A stretch of DNA of 64,000 nucleotides from NCBI GenBank assembly GCA_023701205.1, contig JAMPXJ010000009.1, positions 30,008 to 94,007 on the forward strand, read 5' to 3'. The notes under the pieces are model-generated. The model saw only the letters and a list, made by a program, of their open reading frames with translations. It was not told the DNA's origin and did not search any database. A program made the position numbers and the translations under genes. This document shows, one piece after another, positions 1 to 10,172 of the stretch. This stretch comes from Oligoflexia bacterium (lineage in GTDB: Bacteria > Bdellovibrionota > UBA1018). Each line of letters opens with the position of its first letter. Within the stretch, counting starts at the first letter, position 1.

Positions 1-580
1 CCGGGTCCTCCGGCGGAAGGCACGCCTGGAGAGCTTCGGACTGCGGCTCGCGAGCCCCATCGACGAAAGCCCGGTGGACGGCCTGATCCGGGTGACCTAT
101 GCGGACTACACGATCACCATCCGCGTCCTCGGAACCGCGGGCGCGCCCACGATCCGTCTGCTCAGCGATCCGCCGCTCCCCGAGGAGCAGCTCGTCGCGG
201 TGCTGCTCTTCGGCAAGCCGATCGAGGAGCTCGACCCGGATCAGAGCGAGTCCGTGGGCAGCGCCCGCTCGGCCTTCGCCGATGGCGCGCTCAGCCTCGC
301 TTCGCTCTATGTCCTGGCTTCCACCCCCATCCAGAGCATCGGCTATGATCCCCGATCGCGTGAGCTCTCAGTCAAGCTGCGCCTCGGTGCGGGGACCTCG
401 CTCACGCTGGGCTCCTCCGGAGGGGAGCTGCGCGAGATCGGCATTCGCAAGCGACTGGGACCTCATTGGACGATCACCACGGACCTCTCCCATCGCGCGC
501 AGACGCCGGGAGCGGCCGACCCTTCGGAGGCGCCCCAGAGAACCGCCTCCGCCTTCCTCGAATGGCATCACCGCTACTGA
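1..580 (+). CDS. TamB/DUF490-like translocation-and-assembly protein, C-terminal end (5' partial, enters from upstream of window)
   Basis: Frame is open from nt 2 with no stop. The C-terminal sequence (TIRLLSDPPLPEEQLVAVLLFGKP ... LEWHHRY) resembles the conserved DUF490 end of TamB-like proteins. Confidence 0.55.
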   Translation, partial: RVLRRKARLESFGLRLASPIDESPVDGLIRVTYADYTITIRVLGTAGAPTIRLLSDPPLPEEQLVAVLLFGKPIEELDPDQSESVGSARSAFADGALSLASLYVLASTPIQSIGYDPRSRELSVKLRLGAGTSLTLGSSGGELREIGIRKRLGPHWTITTDLSHRAQTPGAADPSEAPQRTASAFLEWHHRY

Positions 581-618
581 GATTTTGACTCGGAACGGGA
601 ATCGGATAAGATGCCCGC

Positions 619-927
619 GTGACGAAGTCCACGATCGTTTCCAAAGTACTGGCCGCCCACTGCGAGGACATCGCGCGGATCCTGAAATCCCTGGCGCATC
701 CGACCCGTTTGAAGATCCTCTGTCACCTTCTGGGTGGCGAGCGGACCGTGAACGAGATCATCGAGTTCACGGGAAGCTCGCAGTCAGGCGTGTCGCAGTA
801 CCTGGCGCGCATGAAGCTCGAAGGCATGGTCGCCTCGCGCCGCGAGGGCCAGTTCATCCGTTACCGCATCTCGGATCACCGCCTCGAGCGGCTGATGAAG
901 CTGCTCAAGGAAATCTACTGCGACTGA
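619..927 (+). CDS. ArsR/SmtB-family winged-helix transcriptional regulator
   Basis: 102-aa ORF with a GTG start. Core LAHPTRLKILCHLLGGERTVNEIIEFTGSSQSGVSQYLARMKLEGMV is a typical ArsR HTH. Confidence 0.85.
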   Translation: MTKSTIVSKVLAAHCEDIARILKSLAHPTRLKILCHLLGGERTVNEIIEFTGSSQSGVSQYLARMKLEGMVASRREGQFIRYRISDHRLERLMKLLKEIYCD

Positions 928-943
928 AACCGCGGCGCGCCGC

Positions 944-2389
944 TCACGCGTCGTGCGGCAGGCTTCCGCGGGGCGAACGCAGATAAACGAACGGCGTGAG
1001 GCCCAGGAAGTTCGATACTCGCGAGGTGTAGACGTCGGCGTAGCGCTCCACCTGGCGCGCGAGATGGCTCTTGTCGTTGCCTGCCCGCATGAGCGGCCCC
1101 CAAAGCGGATTGCCGAGCTCGGCCGAGGCGCGGGCGAGGGGCGCGATCTCCTGGTCCAGAGCCTCGATCCGAGCGCGCAGCGCGAGCGCCCGCGCCTGGA
1201 GCGCCTCCTCGGGCTCGCCCGAAGCCGCGGCGTAAGCGCCCCGTTGGCGCTGGATGTCCAGGCGGTTGCGGCAGGCTTCGGCCTCGAGCGCCTCTTTCTC
1301 GGCCATGAGCGCGGCGAGACGCTCTTCAGAATCCCGGAAAGCCTGGGCCGCCGCGATCTCGCCCTCGAGCTCCCGGAGCACGAGCGCCGTGCGCCAGCGC
1401 AGCACGTTCTTGGTGACCTTCACGTCCCCGAACATATGATCGCCGACGTAAAGGATCTCGTCGCCCGAAAGCCCCAGGCTCCTCTCCAGCTCCTGCGCGC
1501 TCCCTCCGAGGTAAGCCCGTCCCTCTCGAAGCGGCCCGACGACCGGCGAGAGCAGCCCCTCCTCGGTCACCACCTCGAAGAAGGGGCTCGGCGTGGTGAA
1601 GAAGCTCGGCTTCCGCGCCCCTACCACCACGTGGTCGAAAAGCGCGCGCCAGCCCATGTCTTTCGACAGAGATGGCGGCAGAAACGGATCGAAGGCGAAT
1701 TTCATCATCGAAACCGTGTAAGCCCAGTCCGAGTTCGTCACCAGCAGGAGCTTCTTGCCGGCCTGCTTCTGGTCCAGCAGGGTGAGCGCCATCTCCGGGT
1801 CCAGCTCCACGAAGCGCGCGGGATCGGCGACGATCTCGGCCTTGAGGCGCCCCTCCATGTGGGCGGCGTCCAGGGTCGAGCGCACGCTCGCGTAAAGATC
1901 CCGGTATCCCAGCACCTCCGGGAGCTCCCGGCGGTCGAGCAGCTCCACGAGCTGCGCGTACATGCAGCCTTCCGAAAGCGAGAAAAGCGTATTGAGAAAA
2001 ACCCAGCGCGGCTCCGCCAGATCCACGATCGTGCGGGCGTAGGTATCGCGCTGCTCCTCGTGCTCGAGCGGTCGCAGCCCGTGCGCCGCGCGCTTGACGA
2101 AGCCGAAGCGGTTGGCCTTCACGAGATTTCCCTTCTCGGTATCGACGATCAGGCCGCGGCACACCAGCGCGGGATCGAAGGCGAGATGCGCCACGGGCCA
2201 GCCGCGCGCGAGCAGCCGCTCCTGCAGATGTCCGTAAGCCCGGCGCTCCCACTCCTCGACGTGATACTGCACGAGAGTGTAATCCATGTCGTAACCGATC
2301 GCCCGGATCCCGCGCAGATTCAGGGTGCGGTTGCAGAAAACCCCGCGCAGCCCGGGATTGCTCGCTGCGTTAACGCCTTTATCAGCCAC
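944..2389 (-). CDS. HAD-IG family 5'-nucleotidase-like hydrolase
   Basis: The ORF-track start (2791) overlaps the divergent gene. An in-frame GTG at 2389 is preceded by AAGGAGG (reverse complement of 2391-2400). N-terminus FCNRTLNLRGIRAIGYDMDYTLVQY carries the DxDxT HAD motif in a cytosolic 5'-nucleotidase-like context. Confidence 0.8.
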   Translation of the reverse strand: MADKGVNAASNPGLRGVFCNRTLNLRGIRAIGYDMDYTLVQYHVEEWERRAYGHLQERLLARGWPVAHLAFDPALVCRGLIVDTEKGNLVKANRFGFVKRAAHGLRPLEHEEQRDTYARTIVDLAEPRWVFLNTLFSLSEGCMYAQLVELLDRRELPEVLGYRDLYASVRSTLDAAHMEGRLKAEIVADPARFVELDPEMALTLLDQKQAGKKLLLVTNSDWAYTVSMMKFAFDPFLPPSLSKDMGWRALFDHVVVGARKPSFFTTPSPFFEVVTEEGLLSPVVGPLREGRAYLGGSAQELERSLGLSGDEILYVGDHMFGDVKVTKNVLRWRTALVLRELEGEIAAAQAFRDSEERLAALMAEKEALEAEACRNRLDIQRQRGAYAAASGEPEEALQARALALRARIEALDQEIAPLARASAELGNPLWGPLMRAGNDKSHLARQVERYADVYTSRVSNFLGLTPFVYLRSPRGSLPHDA

Positions 2390-2470
2390 TGAGCCTCCTT
2401 CGGATGGACCCTGGACCCGGGCTAGACTCTGACTCCGGGGCCGGCTATAAAGTACCCTTTGGCAAGAGGG

Positions 2471-3682
2471 ATGAGAATGACAAATTCGAAATGGCGACAC
2501 GATCCGATCCAGGCGATCCGCGACACCCAGCATTTCGGTGAGGAGGGGGGCGTCGTTCCCGTCATCGATGTCGCCTCGACCTCGACCTTCATGCATCCGG
2601 AGGACATGGAAAAGGCCTTCCACGGCGAGATCCATGGCTGCTACCTGTACAGCCGCCATTCGAACCCGTCGGTGGTGATGCTCGGACAGAAGCTCGCCGC
2701 GCTCGAAGGAATGGAAGCCGCGCTCGGTGTCGCGAGCGGCATGGCCGCGGTCCACGCCGCGATCACGCAGCTGCTGCCGCAGGGCGGGCATATCGTCTCT
2801 TCACGCACCGTCTACGGCGGCACCTACGCGCTCTTCAACAACATCCTTCCGCGCTACGGGATCGAGGTCACGCTCGTCGACATGGATGACCTCGCGCAGG
2901 TCGAACGCGCCATCACTCCGAGGACGAAGATCCTCTACACCGAGACCATGAGCAACCCCGTGCTCCGGATCGCCGATCTGCCAGGACTCTCCGCGCTTTG
3001 CCGCAAGAGGAACCTGAAACTCGTCGTCGACAACACCTTCACGCCCCTCGTCGTCTCGCCCGCCCGGTACGGGGCCGACGTCATCATCCATTCGTGCACG
3101 AAATACATCTCCGGCGCGAGCGACCTCATCGGCGGCGCGATCGTCTCCAGCCAGGAGTTCATCGACTCGCTGATCGACGTGAACACGGGGATGGTCATGC
3201 TGACGGGGCCGGTCATGGACCCTCGCGTCGCGCACGAGCTCTACCACCGGCTCGATCATCTCCCGATCCGGATGGAAGCCCATTCGCGCTCCGCGGCTTT
3301 CATGGCCAAAGGCATGCGTGACGCGGGAATTCCCGTGGCGTATCCCGGGCTGCCGGAGCACCCGGATCATGCGCTGCTCAAGTCCCTCATGAATCCCGGG
3401 TTCGGTTTCGGCGGAATGATGGCCGTTGACTGCCGCACGCCGGAAAGAGCGGTGAAGCTCGCCAAGCTCCTCCAGGACCGCAAGTTCGGGCTTTACGCGG
3501 TCTCGCTCGGCTTCTCCCGAACGCTCATGAGCTGCTCCTCGGTGACGACCTCGAGCGAGATCCCGCCCGAGGAGCAGGAGAAGATGCATCTCTCGCCGGG
3601 TCTGCTGCGCCTGAGCATCGGCTTCACCGGGAACGACGGCGTCATGCTCGAGCGTTTCCTTTCCTGCTATCGCGAAGTCTGA
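2471..3682 (+). CDS. PLP-dependent Cys/Met-metabolism enzyme (methionine gamma-lyase / cystathionine gamma-synthase family)
   Basis: Motifs YSRHSNPS, VVDNTFTP and HSCTKYISGASD (PLP-lysine). The start is uncertain (TTG 2459, ATG 2471 or ATG 2477). AAGAGGG at 2464-2470 favours 2477. Confidence 0.85.
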   Translation: MRMTNSKWRHDPIQAIRDTQHFGEEGGVVPVIDVASTSTFMHPEDMEKAFHGEIHGCYLYSRHSNPSVVMLGQKLAALEGMEAALGVASGMAAVHAAITQLLPQGGHIVSSRTVYGGTYALFNNILPRYGIEVTLVDMDDLAQVERAITPRTKILYTETMSNPVLRIADLPGLSALCRKRNLKLVVDNTFTPLVVSPARYGADVIIHSCTKYISGASDLIGGAIVSSQEFIDSLIDVNTGMVMLTGPVMDPRVAHELYHRLDHLPIRMEAHSRSAAFMAKGMRDAGIPVAYPGLPEHPDHALLKSLMNPGFGFGGMMAVDCRTPERAVKLAKLLQDRKFGLYAVSLGFSRTLMSCSSVTTSSEIPPEEQEKMHLSPGLLRLSIGFTGNDGVMLERFLSCYREV

Positions 3683-3760
3683 TACCGCGGGAGCTTTCGC
3701 CGCATCGATCCGGCGGACCGCGAATTGACCCTTTCCCATTCCGGGGATTAAACCTCGGCC

Positions 3761-4708
3761 ATGCGAAGGACCCCGCTCGTTTCCCTGCTCGTCCCGGTGA
3801 TCGCTCTCTTCCTCCCGCTTCCGAAAGCCTCGGCGAAGCCGCTCCTGATGGCGGTGCTGGGCGACTCCATCTCCGCCGCCACGCTCGCGGATGTGCCCTT
3901 CCCCCCGCCCGCGACGTCCGAGGAGGGCATCAAGCGCCTGTCCGAAGACGGCGTGAAAGCCGATGTCCTGCTCGAGAACAAGTTCCGCTACTCCTGGGCC
4001 TCGGGACGGCTGATCCGCTCGCAGTACCGGCTGCTGAAAAGACATCTCCGGCGAAGTGGCGAGCGGCGGGCGCTGCTGGTTTACAACGTCGCTGTCCCGG
4101 GCGCCGAAACCGGGGATCTGCCCAAGCAGGCGAAGCGGATCGCCGAGGAGATGGAGAAAGGCGAGCATGACGAGCTTGCCTACGTCACGATCCTGATCGG
4201 CTCGAACGACTCCTGCGCGCGACGCCCCGGCGGGGAGACGCCGATCGCGACGATGCGGGCGAATCTCCTGCGCACCTTCGCCATCCTCGCCTCGGTGAAG
4301 CAGCGGAAGCGGATCCCGATCCTGCTCGTGGGAATTCCCCGGATCCCGGATCTCGGCGAGGAGGCCATCCGCAACTCCCGGACCCTCTTGGGCCTGACCT
4401 GCGAGAAAGTCCGCAATGACATCCTCAACCTCTGCAACTCCATGCTTCGCTGGAAAACCCCGGAGGAATACGACCGCAACATGCTCGTCGTCGAGGACCG
4501 CAACCGGCTGCTGCGCCTCCTGGCGCGCGAGGTGAGCCTGCTCTATCCCCAGCTCGATGTCTTCTACAGCAACCGACTTTATCACCTGGGGATCTCCACC
4601 GGCGTGCTCGCGGCGGACTGCTTCCACCCCAACAAGGACGCGCAGGAAATCATCTCGCTCCAGGTCTGGAGCGATCAACCCTGGTTCAAGGAAAGGAAAC
4701 CCCGATGA
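3761..4708 (+). CDS. Secreted SGNH/GDSL-family hydrolase (lipase/esterase-like)
   Basis: N-terminal signal peptide, block I VLGDSISAA, block V DCFHPNKDAQ. Confidence 0.75.
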   Translation: MRRTPLVSLLVPVIALFLPLPKASAKPLLMAVLGDSISAATLADVPFPPPATSEEGIKRLSEDGVKADVLLENKFRYSWASGRLIRSQYRLLKRHLRRSGERRALLVYNVAVPGAETGDLPKQAKRIAEEMEKGEHDELAYVTILIGSNDSCARRPGGETPIATMRANLLRTFAILASVKQRKRIPILLVGIPRIPDLGEEAIRNSRTLLGLTCEKVRNDILNLCNSMLRWKTPEEYDRNMLVVEDRNRLLRLLAREVSLLYPQLDVFYSNRLYHLGISTGVLAADCFHPNKDAQEIISLQVWSDQPWFKERKPR

Positions 4709-5226
4709 GACTCGCCATTCTGCTGTCCGTTTTTCTTCTCGCGCCGGCGACCGCGCTCTCCGCGTCGGCGGAACGCGCCGAAGCCCCTTGCGAAGGCATC
4801 CTGATCCATCAGGACGGCCCGTTCACGGCCGCCCCCGGGGAGACCGCCGTCTACTCCATCCGCATCGCCAACGTCGGTCCCTGCGCGATGGAAGGAGTGA
4901 GCCTGATCGACTACATCCCGCGACGAACGTCCTATCTCGAGGCGCTTCCGCCGCCCGCGAGCGCCGGCCCGGCGCCGCTTCCGACGAATCCGCCGCGGGG
5001 GCGGCTCTCGCCGGCGGACACGGCCACGCTCGCTCCGGAACCCCTCGCCGTCGAGCGCGTCGAGTGGTCGCCGATCGCGCTCAAGCCCGGCAGCGCCGAA
5101 GCGGAGCGCTACGTGCTCAAGGTGCGGATCGAAGGCCCGGGTAGCCGCACGATCACCAACACGGCGTGCCTCGAACATGAGCGGATCGGGCGGATCTGCG
5201 ACGTGTTCGACACTTACGTCAAGTAG
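4705..5226 (+). CDS. Secreted DUF11-like repeat-domain protein
   Basis: ATGA start/stop overlap with the upstream gene, and a signal peptide. APGETAVYSIRIANVGPCAMEGVSLIDYIP resembles the DUF11 conserved-repeat domain. Confidence 0.5.
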   Translation: MRLAILLSVFLLAPATALSASAERAEAPCEGILIHQDGPFTAAPGETAVYSIRIANVGPCAMEGVSLIDYIPRRTSYLEALPPPASAGPAPLPTNPPRGRLSPADTATLAPEPLAVERVEWSPIALKPGSAEAERYVLKVRIEGPGSRTITNTACLEHERIGRICDVFDTYVK

Positions 5227-5512
5227 CTCCGGTGCCGGGCCCGGGCCAGATTGAGCTCCTCCTTGGCCTGCCGGACCTGAAGGACGGCGACAGTCCCGGG
5301 ACAGCGCGAGCGAATCCTGCTCGCAGGCGCGGACCCTCGATCGACGCGTCCAGGGTGGCGACCTCCGAGACATCGTTCCGTCCCGGATTCTGCACGATCA
5401 GGAGCATGGGCACGAGCACCAGCGAGACCCGTCGGGGATTCCGGCCACCCTCCACCGCAAGCGTTCCTTCATATGTCCCGACCAGCGGACCGAATTTTTT
5501 CCTCATTTCCAT
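5219..5512 (-). CDS. Hypothetical small protein
   Basis: ATG preceded by AGGAGGAG. No recognisable domain, and the C-terminal third looks like low-complexity GC-rich translation. Confidence 0.3.
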   Translation of the reverse strand: MEMRKKFGPLVGTYEGTLAVEGGRNPRRVSLVLVPMLLIVQNPGRNDVSEVATLDASIEGPRLRAGFARAVPGLSPSFRSGRPRRSSIWPGPGTGAT

Positions 5513-5589
5513 ATCCTCCTCCTTTTTCGTTCCCCCCCGGCACTTCGCTCCCGCATGGGGCGGTCGCTTCGGTTTTACGTAACCTCACT

Positions 5590-5609
5590 ATTCAAGTATT
5601 TACTTGAAT
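5590..5609. promoter_or_regulatory. Perfect 9-2-9 palindrome (candidate operator) in the AT-rich divergent promoter region upstream of the efflux operon
   Basis: ATTCAAGTA-TT-TACTTGAAT, followed by a TATATATATA tract (about 5622-5631) and then the ATG at 5641. Confidence 0.4.
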
Positions 5610-5640
5610 TAGGATTTACTCATATATATATAAGGTCATC

Positions 5641-6996
5641 ATGTGCTCCTATCGCTTCTGCTTCATTCTGATCCTTGCGCTCGCGCCCCTGGCACCCGGT
5701 GCGGGCACCCGCGCCCTCGCGCAAACCAATAGGCTGGCGTTTCCCGAGATCTGGCTGGCGACCCGGAGCGGCTCCCCAGCCATCGCCTCGGCAGACGCCG
5801 CGCGCGAGGCGGCCGAAATCGCTCAACACCGCGCCGCCCGTCATTGGCTTCCCCGGCTCTACGCCGGCGGCAGAACACTCTCGACCAACGACGCGGGCAT
5901 GGCGCTCATCTCGAAGCTCGCCGAGCGCAACGTGACGGGAATGGACCTCGCTCCCCTGCCGCTGAACGAGCCGGGCCCGCAAACCCACTCGCGGCTGAGC
6001 CTGGGCGCGGAGCTGCCTCTGTTCGAAGGCGGAAGTCGCGTCGCTCTCCGCGCGGCGGCGGCAAAAAACGCCGAAGCCACGAAGCTTGAGCGAGCGCTCG
6101 CCGAGCGCCTGGAATATGCCCGCGCGGCGACCGCTCACGGCTCCCTGATCCTGCTCGAGGAGCAGCGAGAGGCGCTCGCGCTGCTCAAACGCCTGACCGA
6201 AGGCACGCTCGAGCGCTATGAGCTCGGGGGACGCGCCAATCCGCTGGGCCATTCGGGCTACCTCGGGCTGCGCAGCCTGAAGCTCCGACTCGAAGGAGAG
6301 CTCTCGATGAACCAGGCGAAACATCAGGCCGCACACGCCCTGCTCCGCACGCTCGCACCACTCCCGGGGAGCTGGTCGCCCGCCGAAAGCCGGCTTCAGG
6401 AGCACCTCTCGACGGCGATCGACCCTTACCTGGGCGAGACCCCTGAATCCCTCCGCGTGCGCTCTCAGACGCTGCTCGCGGAGGGCCTCGAGAGCCTCGC
6501 CGGAGCGGAACGGGCCCGTTTCCTCCCGCGGATCGCGCTTTTTGGCGAGGGCACCACGTCCTTCGGGCAGGGGGCCCGCGCGACCTCCTACCAGGCGGGG
6601 ATCGAGATCCAGTGGTCGCTGCTGAACTTCGCCGATCACGGCGCCCTCGGCGAGGCACGAGCCCGCGCTCGAGGCCAAGAACGCCTCGCTGCGGCCACCC
6701 GGGCGACCGAAGCCGCCGATCGCGCCGCGCTCCTCGAGAGCGGCCGCGCCCTCGCCGCGCAGCTCAAGCTCGCGCGCGAAAGCCTGCAGCTCCTCGAGCA
6801 GCAGTCGGAGATCGCGCGCAAGCTCTTCCAGAACGGCCAGATCAATGCCCTGCAGCTGACGGAGGTCTTCGCCCGCCGCGTGGACCTGATCACGGCCAAG
6901 ACCCAGATGGAAGAAGGGCTCCTTCAGGCCAAGACCCGCTTGCTCACCCTTTCCACCGGAGCGCTTCCCGCTCTCGCAAACGAGGTCTCCCGATGA
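5641..6996 (+). CDS. TolC-like outer-membrane efflux protein (OEP family)
   Basis: Signal peptide. Two-repeat helical OEP-like sequence (for example LQLLEQQSEIARKLFQNGQINALQLTEV). The stop overlaps the RND start (ATGA at 6993-6996). Confidence 0.8.
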   Translation: MCSYRFCFILILALAPLAPGAGTRALAQTNRLAFPEIWLATRSGSPAIASADAAREAAEIAQHRAARHWLPRLYAGGRTLSTNDAGMALISKLAERNVTGMDLAPLPLNEPGPQTHSRLSLGAELPLFEGGSRVALRAAAAKNAEATKLERALAERLEYARAATAHGSLILLEEQREALALLKRLTEGTLERYELGGRANPLGHSGYLGLRSLKLRLEGELSMNQAKHQAAHALLRTLAPLPGSWSPAESRLQEHLSTAIDPYLGETPESLRVRSQTLLAEGLESLAGAERARFLPRIALFGEGTTSFGQGARATSYQAGIEIQWSLLNFADHGALGEARARARGQERLAAATRATEAADRAALLESGRALAAQLKLARESLQLLEQQSEIARKLFQNGQINALQLTEVFARRVDLITAKTQMEEGLLQAKTRLLTLSTGALPALANEVSR

Positions 6997-9900
6997 CTCC
7001 CGTCAACGACAAAGACGCCCACGGCTTCGCCGGAAGGCTCGCCCTGGCGTTCGTGAACTCCAAGCTCACCCTGGTCCTCGCGATCGCAAGCCTCCTGCTC
7101 GGCGTCGGCGCGGTCTGGCTCACGCCCAAGGAGGAGGAGCCGCAGATCAGCGTTCCGATAATCGACGTCATGACCCTGGACCCCGGCTCCGAGCCCGCCG
7201 AGATCGAACGACGGGTGACCGAGCCGATCGAGCGCGCTCTCTGGGGAATCGAGGGCGTCGAATACGTCTACTCGGCAAGCTCGCCGGGCGTGAGCCTGGT
7301 GACCGCGCGCTTCCGCGTGGGCGAGCCGATGGAGCCGAGCCTCATCAAGATCCACCACAAGCTCCTCGAGGCCCGCGCGCTCCTGCCCGCGTCCGCGCAG
7401 CCGCCGTCGGTCAAGTCTCATTCGATCGACGACGTTCCTTTCCTGACCCTGACCTTCAGCTCTCGAGACCGCGACGACCACTCGCTCAGGACCCTCGTCG
7501 CCCCGCTCGCGCGCGAGCTCTCGAGCACCCCGGACCTGAGCCGCGTGGAGCTTCTGGGCGGGCTCAGGCGCGCGATTCGCGTCATCGTCGATCCCGCGCG
7601 CCTTGCGGCCCGCGGCGTGGCGCTCCGGGAAGTCGCCGACGCGCTCCGGGCCAACGATGCCAAAGGGCCCGCCGGCAAGAACTGGAGCTCGGAGCAGGTA
7701 CTGGATATCGAGGTCGGTGCCCATCTCCGCTCGGCCGAGGACATCCGCGAGATCGCCATCGCGCAGAAGGGCGGGCGCCTCGTGCAGCTCCGGGATGTCG
7801 CCACCGTGGTCGACGGACCGGAGGAGCGCACGCGCGCCTCTATCCTGGTTTCGCATGGCTCGGTGGACTCGCCCGAGAGGGCGGTTTCGATCGCCTTCGC
7901 CAAGCGCAAGGGCACCAACGTGGTCCTGCTGGCGGATGAGCTGCTCAAGCACGCGCGCACCTTCGGCAAGAACCTCCCGGCCGACGTGCGCGTTTCCGTG
8001 CTGCGCAACTACGGCGACACCGCGGCCGAAAAAGCCAAGGAGCTCATCGAGCACCTGCTGCTGGCCACGCTCTCGGTTTCGGTGCTGATCGCGCTGGCGA
8101 TGGGCTGGCGCGCCTCACTCGTCGTGGCGATCGCGATCCCGGTGACGCTCGCGCTGACGATCGCGATCTACTACTTCCTGGGCTACACCTTGAACCGAGT
8201 GACGCTTTTCGCGCTCATTTTTTCGATCGGCATCCTGGTCGACGACGCGATCGTGGTGGTCGAGAACATCGAGCGCCACCTGCACCTGGACCGCCGCTCG
8301 GGCATCCTGCGCGCGACCCTGCGCGCGGTGAGCGAGGTGGGCAATCCCACGATTCTCGCGACCTTCACCGTGATCGCCGCCATCCTGCCCATGGCGTTCG
8401 TCCGCGGCCTCATGGGCCCGTACATGAAGCCCATTCCCGTGGGCGCAAGCCTGGCGATGGTGCTCTCGCTCTTCGTCGCGTTCATCGTGACCCCCTGGGC
8501 GGCCGTGCGGCTGCTGCGCGCGCCGGAGTCCACCGATCCCTCCGCCCCGGGCCACACGGAGAGTGGCCTGGACCGGATCTACCGGCGGATCACGGGGCGG
8601 CTGCTCGCGCGCAAGCGCCCGGCGCTGCTCTTCGGCGCCGGCACGCTCCTGCTGCTCCTGACCGCGACGTCGTTGCTGTATTTCAAGGCCGTGAAGGTGA
8701 AGATGCTTCCGTTCGACAACAAGGACGAGTTCCAGGTGCTCGTCGACTATCCGCCAACCACCCCGCTCGCGCGGAACGTGGAGTGGTCCACCGCGCTCGC
8801 GCGCGAGCTGGCCGCGGACCCGCGCGTGGAGCACGTCCAGGTTTTCGCGGGCGAGCCCGCCCCCTACTCGTTCTCGGGAATGGTCAAGCACACCTATCTC
8901 CGGCAGGCCGACCATCTGGCCGACCTCCAGGTCAAGCTGACTTCCAAAGAGCACCGTGACGAGGGCTCGCACGCGATCATCTCGGCGCTCCACGCCCGCA
9001 TCACGCGGTTTGGCGAGTCCCACGGCGCCATCACCAAGGTGCTTGAGATCCCGCCCGGCCCGCCGGTGCTGGCCACGATGGTCGCCGAAGTCTACGGACC
9101 GAACGAAGCGACGCGCATCGAAGTCGCCGGCCAGGTCCGGGACATCTTCGCGCGCGAGAAGAGCCTGGTCGACCTGGACACCTCGCTGCGGGAGGCTCGC
9201 CCGCGCCGGATCTATCCGTACGATCAGGCCCGTGGGGGGCAGCTAGGCACCAAGTCCGCGCGGGCACTTGAGGAGAGCCAGCTCCTTTTCGGCGAGGTGC
9301 CGGTCATCGGCCTCGCGGATGTCTCCGGGCCAGAGGATGTCAACGTGATGGCCTCGGTGAAGCAATCCTCCCGCTCCGGCGAGGAGCCCTTCCGCAACCT
9401 GAACGTCCCTTCGTTCGAAGCGGGTGTCGTTCCCCTCGAACGCGTCCTGCTGCCCGCGCGCACGGAAGCCACCCGGACGCTCCATCGCAAGAACCTCAAG
9501 CCCGTCTCCTACGTGACCGCCGAACTCTCGGGCGAGGAAGAAGCCCCGGTCTACGCGATCCTCAAGCTCGATCCCGCGCTCGCCAAAGCGGGCTACGCCA
9601 CGCAGACTGCCGAGGTCCCCTGGAACACCCAGGCTCCGGTCGTGAAGTGGGATGGCGAGTGGTTCATCACCTACGAGGTCTTCCGCGACCTGGGCGGCGC
9701 CTTCGCCGTGGTCCTGGTGCTCATCTACATCCTGGTGCTGGGCTGGTTTCGCAGCTACTCGGTCCCGCTCATCATCATGGCCCCGATCCCCATCAGCCTC
9801 ATCGGGATCATTCCCGGCCACGCGCTCTTTGGCGCCTACTTCACCGCCACGTCGATGATCGGCTTCATCGCGGGCGCCGGCATCATCGTGCGCAACTCGA

Positions 9901-10172
9901 TCATCCTCGTGGACTTCATCGAGCATCAGCTGCGCGAGGGCCTGCCCTTGAAGGAAGCCGTGATCTCAGCCGGGGTACTGCGCTTCCGCCCCATGCTGAT
10001 GACCGCCGCCGCAGTCGTGGTCGGCAGCTCCGTGATGCTCTTTGACCCGATCTTCCAGGGCCTCGCGCTGAGCCTGATCTTCGGTGAGATCGCGGCCACG
10101 CTCCTGAGCCGCATGGCCGTGCCGCTGCTTTACTTCTGGTTCATCGGGCGGAGCCGATTGCGGGCGATGTGA
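6993..10172 (+). CDS. RND-superfamily efflux transporter permease (AcrB/AcrD/AcrF-like)
   Basis: 1059-aa product starting MTPVNDKDAHGFAGRLALAFVNSKLTLVLA, with 12-TM RND architecture and large periplasmic loops. The ORF-track N-terminal extension (6612) is Arg/Pro-rich shadow sequence inside the TolC gene. Confidence 0.9.
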   Translation: MTPVNDKDAHGFAGRLALAFVNSKLTLVLAIASLLLGVGAVWLTPKEEEPQISVPIIDVMTLDPGSEPAEIERRVTEPIERALWGIEGVEYVYSASSPGVSLVTARFRVGEPMEPSLIKIHHKLLEARALLPASAQPPSVKSHSIDDVPFLTLTFSSRDRDDHSLRTLVAPLARELSSTPDLSRVELLGGLRRAIRVIVDPARLAARGVALREVADALRANDAKGPAGKNWSSEQVLDIEVGAHLRSAEDIREIAIAQKGGRLVQLRDVATVVDGPEERTRASILVSHGSVDSPERAVSIAFAKRKGTNVVLLADELLKHARTFGKNLPADVRVSVLRNYGDTAAEKAKELIEHLLLATLSVSVLIALAMGWRASLVVAIAIPVTLALTIAIYYFLGYTLNRVTLFALIFSIGILVDDAIVVVENIERHLHLDRRSGILRATLRAVSEVGNPTILATFTVIAAILPMAFVRGLMGPYMKPIPVGASLAMVLSLFVAFIVTPWAAVRLLRAPESTDPSAPGHTESGLDRIYRRITGRLLARKRPALLFGAGTLLLLLTATSLLYFKAVKVKMLPFDNKDEFQVLVDYPPTTPLARNVEWSTALARELAADPRVEHVQVFAGEPAPYSFSGMVKHTYLRQADHLADLQVKLTSKEHRDEGSHAIISALHARITRFGESHGAITKVLEIPPGPPVLATMVAEVYGPNEATRIEVAGQVRDIFAREKSLVDLDTSLREARPRRIYPYDQARGGQLGTKSARALEESQLLFGEVPVIGLADVSGPEDVNVMASVKQSSRSGEEPFRNLNVPSFEAGVVPLERVLLPARTEATRTLHRKNLKPVSYVTAELSGEEEAPVYAILKLDPALAKAGYATQTAEVPWNTQAPVVKWDGEWFITYEVFRDLGGAFAVVLVLIYILVLGWFRSYSVPLIIMAPIPISLIGIIPGHALFGAYFTATSMIGFIAGAGIIVRNSIILVDFIEHQLREGLPLKEAVISAGVLRFRPMLMTAAAVVVGSSVMLFDPIFQGLALSLIFGEIAATLLSRMAVPLLYFWFIGRSRLRAM

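Noticed and set aside
953-2392. 479-aa plus-strand ORF antisense to the 5'-nucleotidase gene. Similar long antisense or alternate-frame ORFs occur at 2801-4678, 6924-8054, 10783-12876, 15161-18451, 20961-22406, 32716-35004, 35085-36215, 38618-40027, 44393-46093, 61675-63276 and elsewhere.
   Set aside because: These are typical shadow ORFs of high-G+C DNA. Their translations are Arg/Pro/Gly/Ala-rich low-complexity sequence with no motifs, and the opposite strand or other frame encodes proteins with clear family signatures.
5591-5602. A 12-nt match (TTCAAGTATTTA) between the efflux-operon palindrome and the VTC-cluster intergenic region (32573-32584), suggesting a shared operator.
   Set aside because: In a 64-kb window on the order of a hundred 12-mer coincidences are expected by chance, and both sites are AT-rich. 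The second site lacks the palindromic partner half.
6612-6992. N-terminal extension of the RND ORF (ORF track start 6612).
   Set aside because: The extension lies wholly inside the TolC-like gene and translates to Arg/Pro-rich nonsense. The ATG at 6993, overlapping the upstream stop, gives a canonical RND N-terminus.
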